Of a stretch of 64,000 nucleotides of DNA, positions 28,501 through 40,989 are shown one piece after another. The stretch covers positions 363,816,001 through 363,880,000 of the forward strand of contig OZ024742.1 in the NCBI GenBank assembly GCA_964016885.1, given 5' to 3'. The notes beneath the pieces were generated by a model. That model searched no databases. It saw only the letters and a list, made by a program, of their open reading frames with translations, and had not been told where the DNA came from. Source of the DNA: Eledone cirrhosa. Its lineage: Eukaryota. The translations under genes were made by a program, and so were the position numbers. Position 1 is the first letter of the stretch. Every line of letters begins with the position of its first letter.

Positions 28501-31060
28501 TAGAATGTCAGATGGAACTATCCTTCCTGCTAAGTTGGTTAGAATGTCAGATGGAACTATCCTAGCTGCTAAGTTGGTTAGAATGTCAGATGGAACTATC
28601 CTTCCTGCTAAGTTGGTTAGAATGTCAGATGGAACTATCGTTGGTGCTAAGTTGGTTAGAATGTCAGATGGAACTATCCTTCCTGCTAAGTTGGTTAGAA
28701 TGTCAGATGGAACTATCCTTGCTGCTAAGTTGGTTAGAATGTCAGATGGAACTATCCAAGCTGCTAAATTGGTTAGAATGTCAGATGGAACTATCCTTGC
28801 TGCTAAGTTGGTTAGAATGTCAGATGGAACTATCCTTCCTGCTAAGTTGGTTAGAATGTCAGATGGAACTATCCTAGCTGCTAAGTTGGTTAGAATGTCA
28901 GATGGAACTATCCTTCCTGCTAAGTTGGTTAGAATGTCAGATGGAACTATCGTTGGTGCTAAGTTGGTTAGAATGTCAGATGGAACTATCCTTCCTGCTA
29001 AGTTGGTTAGAATGTCAGATGGAACTATCCTTGCTGCTAAGTTGGTTAGAATGTCAGATGGAACTATCCTAGCTGCTAAGTTGGTTAGAATGTCAGATGG
29101 AACTATCCTTCCTGCTAAGTTGGTTAGAATGTCAGATGGAACTATCCTTCCTGCTAAGTTGGTTAGAATGTCAGATGGAACTATCCTAGCTGCTAAGTTG
29201 GTTAGAATGTCAGATGGAACTATCCTTCCTGCTAAGTTGGTTAGAATGTCAGATGGAACTATCGTTGGTGCTAAGTTGGTTAGAATGTCAGATGGAACTA
29301 TCCTTCCTGCTAAGTTGGTTAGAATGTCAGATGGAACTATCCTTGCTGCTAAGTTGGTTAGAATGTCAGATGGAACTATCCTTGCTGCTAAGTTGGTTAG
29401 AATGTCAGATGGAACTATCCAAGCTGCTAAGTTGGTTAGAATGTCAGATGGAACTATCCAAGCTGCTAAATTGGTTAGAATGTCAGATGGAACTATCCTT
29501 GCTGCTAAGTTGGTTAGAATGTCAGATGGAACTATCCTTGCTGCTAAGTTGGTTAGAATGTCAGATGGAACTATCCTAGCTGCTAAGTTGGTTAGAATGT
29601 CAGATGGAACTATCCAAGCTGCTAAATTGGTTAGAATGTCAGATGGAACTATCCTTGCTGCTAAGTTGGTTAGAATGTCAGATGGAACTATCCAAGCTGC
29701 TAAGTTGGTTAGAATGTCAGATGGAACTATCCTTCCTGCTAAGTTGGTTAGAATGTCAGATGGAACTATCCAAGCTGCTAAGTTGGTTAGAATGTCAGAT
29801 GGAACTATCCTTCCTGCTAAGTTGGTTAGAATGTCAGATGGAACTATCCAAGCTGCTAAGTTGGTTAGAATGTCAGATGGAACTATCCAAGCTGCTAAAT
29901 TGGTAAGAATGTCAGATGGAACTATCCTTGCTGCTAAGTTGGTTAGAATGTCAGATGGAACTATCCTTCCTGCTAAGTTGGTTAGAATGTCAGATGGAAC
30001 TATCCTAGCTGCTAAGTTGGTTAGAATGTCAGATGGAACTATCCTTCCTGCTAAGTTGGTTAGAATGTCAGATGGAACTATCCTTCCTGCTAAGTTGGTT
30101 AGAATGTCAGATGGAACTATCCTAGCTGCTAAGTTGGTTAGAATGTCAGATGGAACTATCCTTCCTGCTAAGTTGGTTAGAATGTCAGATGGAACTATCG
30201 TTGGTGCTAAGTTGGTTAGAATGTCAGATGGAACTATCCTAGCTGCTAAGTTCGTTAGAATGTCAGATGGAACTATCCTTCCTGCTAAGTTGGTTAGAAT
30301 GTCAGATGGAACTATCCTTGCTGCTAAGTTGGTTCCAATGTCAGATGGAACTATCCTTCCTGCTAAGTTGGTTAGAATGTCAGATGGAACTATCCTTGGT
30401 GCTAAGTTGGTTCCAATGTCAGATGGAACTATCCAAGCTGCTAAGTTGGTTAGAATGTCAGATGGAACTATCCAAGCTGCTAAGTTGGTTAGAATGTCAG
30501 ATGGAACTATCCTTCCTGCTAAGTTGGTTAGAATGTCAGATGGAACTATCCAAGCTGCTAAGTTGGTTAGAATGTCAGATGGAACTATCCTTCCTGCTAA
30601 GTTGGTTAGAATGTCAGATGGAACTATCCTTGCTGCTAAGTTGGTTAGAATGTCAGATGGAACTATCCTTGGTGCTAAGTTGGTTCCAATGTCAGATGGA
30701 ACTATCCTTGCTGCTAAGTTGGTTCCAATGTCAGATTGAACTATCCTTGGTGCTAAGTTGGTTACAATGTCAGATGGAACTATCCTTGGTGCTAAGTTGG
30801 TTCCAATGTCAGATGGAACTATCCTTGCTGCTAAGTTGGTTAGAATGCCAGATGGAACTATCGTTGGTGCTAAGTTGGTTACAATGTCAGATGGAACTAT
30901 CCTTGGTGCTAAGTTGGTTCCAATGTCAGATTGAACTATCCTTGGTGCTAAGTTGGTTACAATGTCAGATGGAACTATCCTTGGTGCTAAGTTGGTTCCA
31001 ATGTCAGATGGAACTATCCTTGCTGCTAAGTTGGTTAGAATGTCAGATGGAACTATCCCT
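19540..31060. repeat. Large tandem duplication (about 5.4 kb first copy, expanded second copy)
   Basis: GCGGCTAAGTAG 20141/25562 (139 units), GCTGATAAG 20882/26342 (140 units), AAATTGGTAAGA about 23150/29897 (173 units). Boundaries are approximate. Confidence 0.85.
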
Positions 31061-34000
31061 GTTGCTAAGTTGGTTCCAATGTCAGATGGAACTATCCTTG
31101 CTGCTAAGTTGGTTAGAATGTCAGATGGAACTATCCTTGCTGCTAAGTTGGTTCCAATGTCAGATGGAACTATCCTTGCTGCTAAGTTGGTTAGAATGTC
31201 AGATGGAACTATCCTTGCTGCTAAGTTGGTTAGAATGTCAGATGGAACTATCCTTGCTGCTAAGTTGGTTAGAATGTCAGATGGAACTATCCTTGCTGCT
31301 AAGTTGGTTAGAATGTCAGATGAAACTATCCTTGCTGATAAGTTGGTTCCAATTTCAGATGGAACTATCCTTGGTGCTAAGTTGGTTAGAATGTCAGATG
31401 GAACTATCCAAGCTGCTAAGTTGGTTAGAATGTCAGATGGAACTGTCCTAGCTGCTAAATTGGTTACAATGTCAGATTGAACTATCCTTGCTGCTAAGTT
31501 GGTTAGAATGTCACATGGAACTATCCTTGCTGCTAAGTTGGTTAGAATGTCACATGGAACTATCCTTGGTGCTAAGTTGGTTACAATGTCAGATGGAACT
31601 ATCCTTGCTGCTAAGTTGGTTAGAATGTCAGATGGAACTATCCTTGCTGCTAAGTTGGTTAGAATGTCAGATGGAACTATCCTTGCTGCTAAGTTGGTTA
31701 GAATGTCAGATGGAACTATCCTTGCTGCTAAGTTGGTTAGAATGTCAGATGAAACTATCCTTGCTGATAAGTTGGTTCCAATGTCAGATGGAACTATCCT
31801 TGCTGCTAAGTTGGTTAGAATGTTAGATGGAACTATCCTAGGTGCTAAGTTGGTTAGAATGTCAGATGGAACTAGCCTTGCTGCTAAGTTGGTTAGAATG
31901 TCAGATGGAACTATCCTTGGTGCTAAGTTGGTTCCAATGTCAGATGGAACTATCCTTGCTGCTAAGTTGGTTACAATGTCAGATGGAACTATGCTTGGTG
32001 CTAAGTTGGTTAGAATGTCAGATGGAACTATCCTTGCTGCAAAGTTGGTTAGAATGTCAGATGGAACTATCCTAGGTGCTAAGTTGGTTAGAATGTCAGA
32101 TGGAACTATCCTTACTGCTAAGTTGGTTAGAATGTCAGATCGAACTATCCTTGCTGCTAAGTTGGTTAGAATGTCAGATGGAACTATCCTTGCTGCTAAG
32201 TTGGTTAGAATGTCAGATAGAACTATCCTTGGTGCTAAGTTGGTTCCAATGTCAGATGGAACTATCCTTGCTGCTAAGTTGGTTAGAATGTCAGATGGAA
32301 CTATCCTTGGTGCTAAGTTGGTTAGAACGTTAGATGGAACTATCCTTGGTGCTAAGTTGGTTCCAATGTCAGATGGAACTATCCTTGCTGCTAAGTTGGT
32401 TAGAATGTCAGATGGAACTATCCTTGCTGCTAAGTTGGTTAGAATGTCACATGGAACTATCCAAGCTGCTAAGTTGGTTAGAATGTCAGATGGAACTATC
32501 CTTGCTGCTAAGTTGGTAAAATGTCAGATGGAACTATCCTTGCTGCTAAGTTGGTTAGAATGTCAGATGGAACTATCCTTGGTGCTAAGTTGGTTAGAAT
32601 GTCAGATGGAACTATCCAAGGTGCTAAGTTGGTTAGAATGTCAGATGGAACTATCCTTGCTGCTAAGTTGGTTAGAATGACAGATGGAACTATCCAAGGT
32701 GCTAAGTTGGTTAGAATGTCAGATGGAACTATCCTTGGTGCTAAGTTGGTTAGAATGTCAGATGGAACTATCCTTGCTGCTAAGTTGGTTCCAATGTCGG
32801 ATGGAACTATCCTTGGTACTAAGTTGGTTAGAATGTCAGATGGAACTATCGTTGGTGCTAAGTTGGTTCCAATGTCAGATGGAACTATCCTTGCTGCTAA
32901 GTTGGTTACAATGTCAGATGGAACTATCCTTGGTGCTAAGTTGGTTACAATGTCAGATGGAACTGTCCTAGCTGCTAAATTGGTTACAATGTCAGATTGA
33001 ACTATCCTTGGTGCTAAGTTGGTTCCAATGTCAGATGGAACTATCCTTGCTGCTAAGTTGGTTCCAATGTCAGATGGAACTATCCTTGCTGCTAAGTTGG
33101 TTACAATGTCAGATGGAACTATCCTTGCTGCTAAGTTGGTTCCAATGTCAGATGGAACTATCCTTGCTGCTAAGTTGGTTACAATGTCAGATGGAACTAT
33201 CCTTGCTGCTAAGTTGGTTCCAATGTCAGATGGAACTATCCTTGCTGCTAAGTTGGTTACAATGTCAGATGGAACTATCCTTGGTGCTAAGTTGGTTACA
33301 ATGTCAGATGGAACTATCCTTGCTGCTAAGTTGGTTAGAATGTCAGATGGAACTATCCTTGCTGATAAGTTGGTTAGAATGTCAGATGGAACTATCCTTG
33401 CTGCTAAGTTGGTTAGAATGTCAGATGGAACTATCCTTGGTGCTAAGTTGGTTCCAATGTCAGATGGAACTATCCTTGCTGCTAAGTTGGTTAGAATGTC
33501 AGATGGAACTATCCTTGGTGCTAAGTTGGTTACAATGTCAGATGAAACTATTCTTGCTGCTAAGTTAGTTCCAATGTCAGATGGAACTATCCTTGCTGCT
33601 AAGTTGGTTCCAATGTCAGATGGAACTATCCTTGGTACTAAGTTGGTTAGAATGTCAGATGGAACTATCGTTGGTCCTAAGTTGGTTACAATGTCAGATG
33701 GAACTATCCTTGCTGCTAAGTTGGTTAGAATGTCAGATGGAACTATCGTTGGTCCTAAGTTGGTTACAATGTCAGATTGAACTATCCTTGCTGCTAAGTT
33801 GGTTAGAATGTCAGATGGAACTATCGTTGGTCCTAAGTTGGTTACAATGTCAGATGGAACTATCCTTGCTGCTAAGTTGGTTAGAATGTCAGATGGAACT
33901 ATCGTTGGTCCTAAGTTGGTTACAATGTCAGATTGAACTATCCTTGCTGCTAAGTTGGTTAGAATGTCAGATGGAACTATCCTTGGTGCTAAGTTGGTTA

Positions 34001-37000
34001 CAATGTCAGATGGAACTATCCTTGGTGCTAAGTTGGTTACAATGTCAGATTGAACTATCCTTGGTGCTAAGTTGGTTACAATGTCAGATGGAACTATCCT
34101 TGCTGCTAAGTTGGTTAGAATGTCAGATGGAACTATCCTTGCTGATAAGTTGGTTAGAATGTCAGATGGAACTATCCTTGCTGCTAAGTTGGTTAGAATG
34201 TCAGAATGGAACTATCCTTGCTGCTAAGTTGGTTAGAATGTCAGATGGAACTATCCTTGCTGCTAAGTTGGTTAGAATGTCACATGGAACTATCCTTGCT
34301 GCTAAATTGGTTAGAATGTCAGATGGAACTATCCTTGGTGCTAAGTTGGTTCCAATGTCAGATGGAACTATCCTTGCTGCTAAGTTGGTTAGAATGTCAG
34401 ATGAAACTATCCTTGCTGATAAGTTGGTTCCAATGTCAGATGGAACTATCCTTGCTGCTAAGTTGGTTAGAATGTCACATGGAACTATCCTTGCTGCTAA
34501 ATTGGTTAGAATGTCAGATGGAACTATCCTTGGTGCTAAGTTGGTTACAATGTCAGATGGAACTATCCTTGGTGCTAAGTTGGTTACAATGTCAGATGGA
34601 ACTATCCTTGGTGCTAAGTTGGTTACAATGTCAGATTGAACTATCCTTGGTGCTAAGTTGGTTACAATGTCAGATGGAACTATCCTTGCTGCTAAATTGG
34701 TTAGAATGTCAGATGGAACTATCCTTCCTGCTAAGTTGATTAGAATGTCAGATGGAACTATCCTTGCTGCTAAATTGGTTAGAATGTCAGATGGAACTAT
34801 CCTTGGTGCTAAGTTGGTTAGAATGTCAGATGGAACTATCCTTGCTGATAAATTGGTTAGAATGTCAGATGGAACTATCCTTGGTGCTAAGTTGGTTACA
34901 ATGTCAGATGGAACTATCCTTGCTGCTAAATTGGTTAGAATGTCAGATGGAACTATCCTTGGTGCTAAGTTGGTTAGAATGTCAGATGGAACTATCCTTG
35001 CTGATAAATTGGTTAGAATGTCAGATGGAACTATCCTTGGTGCTAAGTTGGTTACAATGTCAGATGGAACTATCCTTGCTGATAAATTGGTTAGAATGTC
35101 AGATGGAACTATCCTTGCTGCTAAATTGGCTAGAATGTCAGATGGAACTATCCTTGGTGCTAACTTGGTTCCAATGTCAGATGGAACTATCCTTGCTGCT
35201 AAGTTGGTTAGAACGTCAGATGGAACTATCCTTGGTGATAAGTTGATTAAAATATCAGATGGAACTATCCTTGCTGCTAAGTTGGTTAGAATGTCAGATG
35301 GAACTATCCTTGCTGCTAAGTTGGTTAGAATGTCAGATGGAACTATCCTTGGTGCTAAGTTGGTTAGAATGTCAGATGGAACTATCCTTGCTGCTAAGTT
35401 GGTTAGAATGTCAGATGGAACTATCCTTGCTGCTAAGTTGGTTACAATGTCAGATGGAACTATCTTTGCTGCTAAGTTGGTTAGAATGTCAGATGGAACT
35501 ATCCTTGGTGCTAAGTTGGTTAGAATGTCATATGGAACTATCCTTGGTCCTAAGTTGGTTACAATGTCAGATGGAACTATCCTTCCTGCTAAGTAAGTTA
35601 CAATGTCAGATGGAACTATCCTTGCTGCTAAGTTGGTTAGAATGTCAGATGGAACTATCGTTGGTCCTAAGTTGGTTACAATGTCAGATGGAACTATCCT
35701 TGGTGCTAAGTTGGTTAGAATGTCAGATGGAACTATCGTTGGTGCTAAGATGTTTAGAATGTCAGATGAAACTATCCTTGCTGCTAAGTTGGTTCCAATG
35801 TCAGATGGAACTATCCTTGGTGCTAAGTTGGTTCCAATGTCAGATGGAACTATCCTTGGTGCTAAGTTGGTTCCAATGTCAGATGGAACTATCGTTGGTG
35901 CTAATTGGTTCCAATGTCAGATGGAACTATCCTTGCTGCTAAGTTGGTTAGAATGTCAGATGGAACTATCCTTGCTGCTAAGTTGGTTAGAATGTCAGAT
36001 GGAACTATCCTAGCTGCTAAGTTGGTTCCAATGTCAGATGGAACTATCCTTGCTGCTAAGTTGGTTAGAATGTCAGATGGAACTATCCTTGCTGCTAAGT
36101 TGGTTAGAATGTCAGATGAAACTATCCTTGCTGCTAAGTTGGTTCCAATGTCAGATGGAACTATCCTTGGTGCTAAGTTGGTTAGAATGTCAGATGGAAC
36201 TATCCTTCCTGCTAAGTTGGTTAGAATGTCAGATGGAACTATCCTTGGTGCTAAGTTGGTTAGAATGTCAGATGAAACTATCCTTGCTGCTAAGTTGGTT
36301 AGAATGTCAGATGAAACTATCCTTGCTGCTAAGTTGGTTCCAATGTCAGATGAAACTATCCTTCCTGCTAAGTTGGTTAGAATGTCAGATGGAACTATCC
36401 TTGGTGCTAAGTTGGTTAGAATGTCAGATGGAACTATCCTTGCTGCTAAGTTGGTTAGAATGTCAGATGAAACTATCCTTGCTGCTAAGTTGGTTCCAAT
36501 GTCAGATGGAACTATCCTTGCTGCTAAGTTGGTTACAATGTCAGATGGAACTATCCTTGGTGCTAAGTTGGTTAGAATGTCAGATGGAACTATCCTTCCT
36601 GCTAAGTTGGTTAGAATGTCAGATGGAACTATCCTTGGTGCTAAGTTGGTTCCAATGTCAGATGGAACTATCCTTGCTGCTAAGTTGGTTAGAATGTCAG
36701 ATGGAACTATCCTTGCTGCTAAGTTGGTTAGAATGTCAGATGAAACTATCCTTGCTGCTAAGTTGGTTCCAATGTCAGATGGAACTATCCTTGCTGCTAA
36801 GTTGGTTACAATGTCAGATGGAACTATCCTTGGTGCTAAGTTGGTTAGAATGTCAGATGGAACTATCCTTGGTGCTAAGTTGGTTAGAATGTCAGATGGA
36901 ACTATCCTTGCTGCTAAGTTGGTTAGAATGTCAGATGGAACTATCCTTGGTGCTAAGTTGGTTCCAATGTCAGATGGAACTATCCTTGGTGCTAAGTTGG

Positions 37001-40000
37001 TTAGAATGTCAGATGAAACTATCCTTGCTGCTAAGTTGGTTAGAATGTCAGATGAAACTATCCTTGCTGCTAAGTTGGTTCCAATGTCAGATGGAACTAT
37101 CCTTGCTGCTAAGTTGGTTACAATGTCAGATGGAACTATCCTTCCTGCTAAGTTGGTTAGAATGTCAGATGGAACTATCCTTGGTGCTAAATTGGTTCCA
37201 ATGTCAGATGGAACTATCCTTGCTGCTAAGTTGGTTAGAATGTCAGATGGAACTATCCTTGCTGCTAAGTTGGTTAGAATATCAGATGAAACTATCCTTG
37301 GTGCTAAGTTGGTTAGAATGTCAGATGAAACTATCCTTGCTGCTAAGTTGGTTAGAATGTCAGATGGAACTATCCTTGCTGCTAAGTTGGTTCCAATGTC
37401 AGATGGAACTATCCTTGCTGCTAAGTTGGTTCCAATGTCAGATGGAACTATCCTTGCTGCTAAGTTGGTTCCAATGTCAGATGGAACTATCCTTGCTGCT
37501 AAGTTGGTTACAATGTCAGATGGAACTATCCAAGCTGCTACGTTGGTTACAATGTCAGATGGAACTATCCAAGCTGCTAAGTTGGTTAGAATGTCAGATG
37601 GAACTATCCAAGCTGCTAAGTTGGTTAGAATGTCAGATGGAACTATCCAAGCTGCTAAGTTGGTTAGAATGTCAGATGGAACTATCGTTGGTGCTAAGTT
37701 GGTAACAATGTCAGATGGAACTATCCTTGGTGCTAAGTTGGTTCCAATGTCAGATGGAACTATCCTTGCTCCTAAGTTGGTTACAATGTCAGATGGAACT
37801 ATCCTTGGTGCTAAGTTGGTTACAATGTCAGATGGAACTATCCTTGGTGCTAAGTTGGTTACAATGTCAGATGGAACTATCCAAGCTGCTAAGTTGGTTA
37901 GAATGTCAGATGGAACTATCCTAGCTGCTAAATTGGTTACAATGTCAGATGCAACTATCCTTGGTGCTAAGTTGGTTAGAATGACAGATGGAACTATCCT
38001 TGGTGCTAAGTTGGTTAGAATGTCAGATGGAACTATCCTTGCTGATAAATTGGTTAGAATGTCAGATGGAACTATCCAAGCTGCTAAGTTGGTTAGAATG
38101 TCAGATGGAACTATCCTTGCTGATAAATTGGTTAGAATGTCAGATGGAACTATCCTTGCTGCTAAATTGGCTAGAATGTCAGATGGAACTATCGTTGGTC
38201 CTAAGTTGGTTACAATGTCAGATGGAACTATCCTTGCTGCTAAGTTGGTTAGAATGTCAGATGGAACTATCGTTGGTGCTAAGTTGGTTCCAATGTCAGA
38301 TGGAACTATCCTTGCTGCTAAGTTGGTTAGAATGTCAGATGGAACTATCCTTGGTGCTAAGTTGGTTCCAATGTCAGATGGAACTATCCTTGCTGCTAAG
38401 TTGGTTAGAATGTCAGATGGAACTATCCTTGGTGCTAAGTTGGTTCCAATGTCAGATGGAACTATCCTTGCTGCTAAGTTGGTTAGAATGTCAGATGGAA
38501 CTATCCTTGCTGCTAAGTTGGTTCCAATGTCAGATGGAACTATCCTTGCTGCTAAGTTGGTTAGAATGTCAGATGGAACTATCCTTGGTGCTAAGTTGGT
38601 TCCAATGTCAGATGGAACTATCCTTGCTGCTAAGTTGGTTCCAATGTCAGATGGAACTATCCTTGCTGCTAAGTTGGTAACAATGTCAGATGGAACTATC
38701 CTTGGTGCTAAGTTGGTTCCAATGTCAGATGGAACTATCGTTGGTGCTAAGTTGGTAACAATGTCAGATGGAACTATCCTTGGTGCTAAGTTGGTTCCAA
38801 TGTCAGATGGAACTATCCTTTCTGCTAAGTTGGTTACAATGTCAGATGGAACTATCCTTGGTGCTAAGTTGGTTCCAATGTCAGATGGAACTATCCTTGG
38901 TGCTAAGTTGGTTCCAATGTCAGATGGAACTATCGTTGGTGCTAAGTTGGTAACAATGTCAGATGGAACTATCCTTGGTGCTAAGTTGGTTCCAATGTCA
39001 GATGGAACTATCCTTTCTGCTAAGTTGGTTACAATGTCAGATGGAACTATCCTTGGTGCTAAGTTGGTTACAATCTCAGATGGAACTGTCCTTGGTGCTA
39101 AGTTGGTTAGAATGTCAGATGGAACTATCCTTGCTGCTAAGTTGGTTAGAATGTCAGATGGAACTATCCTTGCTGCTAAGTTGGTTCCAATGTCACATGG
39201 AACTATCCTTGCTGCTAAGTTGGTTAGAATGTCAGATGAAACTATCCTTGCTGATAAGTTGGTTCCAATGTCAGATGGAACTATCATTGCTGCTAAGTTG
39301 GTTAGAATGTCAGATGGAACTATCCTTGGTGCTAAGTTGGTTAGAATGTCAGATGGAACTATCCTTGCTGCTAAGTTGGTTAGAATGTCAGATGGAATTA
39401 TTCTTGGTGCTAAGTTGGTTAGAATGTCAGATGGAACTATCCTTGGTGCTAAGTTTGTTACAATGTCAGATGGAACTATCCTTGCTGCTAAGTTGGTTAG
39501 AATGTCAGATGGAACTATCCTTGCTGCTAAGTTGGTTAGAATGTCAGATGGAATTATCCTTGGTGCTAAGTTGGTTAGAATGTCAGATGGAACTATCCTT
39601 CCTGCTAAGTTGGTTACAATGTCAGATGGAACTGTCCTTGCTGCTAAATTGGTTACAATGTCAGATGGAACTATCCTTGCTGCTAAGTTGGTTAGAATGT
39701 CAGATGGAACTATCCTTGGTGCTAAGTTGGTTAGAATGTCAGATGGAATTATCTTGGTGCTAAGTTGGTTCCAATGTCAGATGGAACTATCCTTGGTGCT
39801 AAGTTGGTTAGAATGTCAGATGGAACTATCCTTCCTGCTAAGTTGGTTACAATGTCAGATGGAACTATCCTTCCTGCTAAGTTGGTTCCAATGTCAGATG
39901 GAACTATCCTTGCTGCTAAGTTGGTTAGAATGTCAGATGGAACTATCCTTGCTGCTAAGTTGGTTCCAATGTCAGATGGAACTATCCTTGCTGCTAAGTT

Positions 40001-40989
40001 GGTTAGAATGTCAGATGGAACTATCCTTGCTGCTAAGTTGGTTAGAATGTCAGATGGAACTATCCTTGCTGCTAAGTTGGTTCCAATGTCAGATGGAACT
40101 ATCCTTGCTGCTAAGTTGGTTAGAATGTCAGATGAAACTATCCTTGCTGCTAAGTTGGTTCCAATGTCAGATGGAACTATCCTTGCTGCTAAGTTGGTTA
40201 GAATGTCAGATGGAACTATCCTTGGTGCTAAGTTGGTTACAATGTCAGATGGAACTATCCTTGCTGCTAAGTTGGTTAGAATGTCAGATGGAACTATCCT
40301 TGCTGCTAAGTTGGTTAGAATGTCAGATGGAACTATCCTTGGTGCTAAGTTGGTTCCAATGTCAGATGGAACTATCCTTGCTGCTAAGTTGGTTAGAATG
40401 TCAGATGGAACTATCCTTGCTGCTAAGATGTTTAGAATGTCAGATGAAACTATCCTTGCTGCTAAGTTGGTTCCAATGTCAGATGGAACTATCCTTGCTG
40501 CTAAGTTGGTTAGAATGTCAGATGGAACTATCCTTGGTGCAAAGTTGGTTCCAATGTCAGATGGAACTATCCTTGCTGCTAAGATGGTTAGAATGTCAGA
40601 TGGAACTATCCTTGCTGCTAAGTTGGTTCCAATGTCAGATGGAACTATCCTTGCTGCTAAGTTGGTTAGAATGTCAGATGGAACTATCCTTGGTGCTAAG
40701 TTGGTTCCAATGTCAGATGGAACTATCCTTGCTGCTAAGTTGGTTAGAATGTCAGATGGAACTATCCTTGGTGCTAAGTTGGTTCCAATGTCAGATGGAA
40801 CTATCGTTGGTGCTAAGTTGGTTAGAATGTCAGATGAAACTATCCTTGCTGCTAAGTTGGTTCCAATGTCAGATGGAACTATCCTTGCTGCTAAGTTGGT
40901 TAGAATGTCAGATGGAACTATCCTTGGTGCTAAGTTGGTTCCAATGTCAGATGGAACTATCCTTGCTGCTAAGTTGGTTCCAATGTCAG

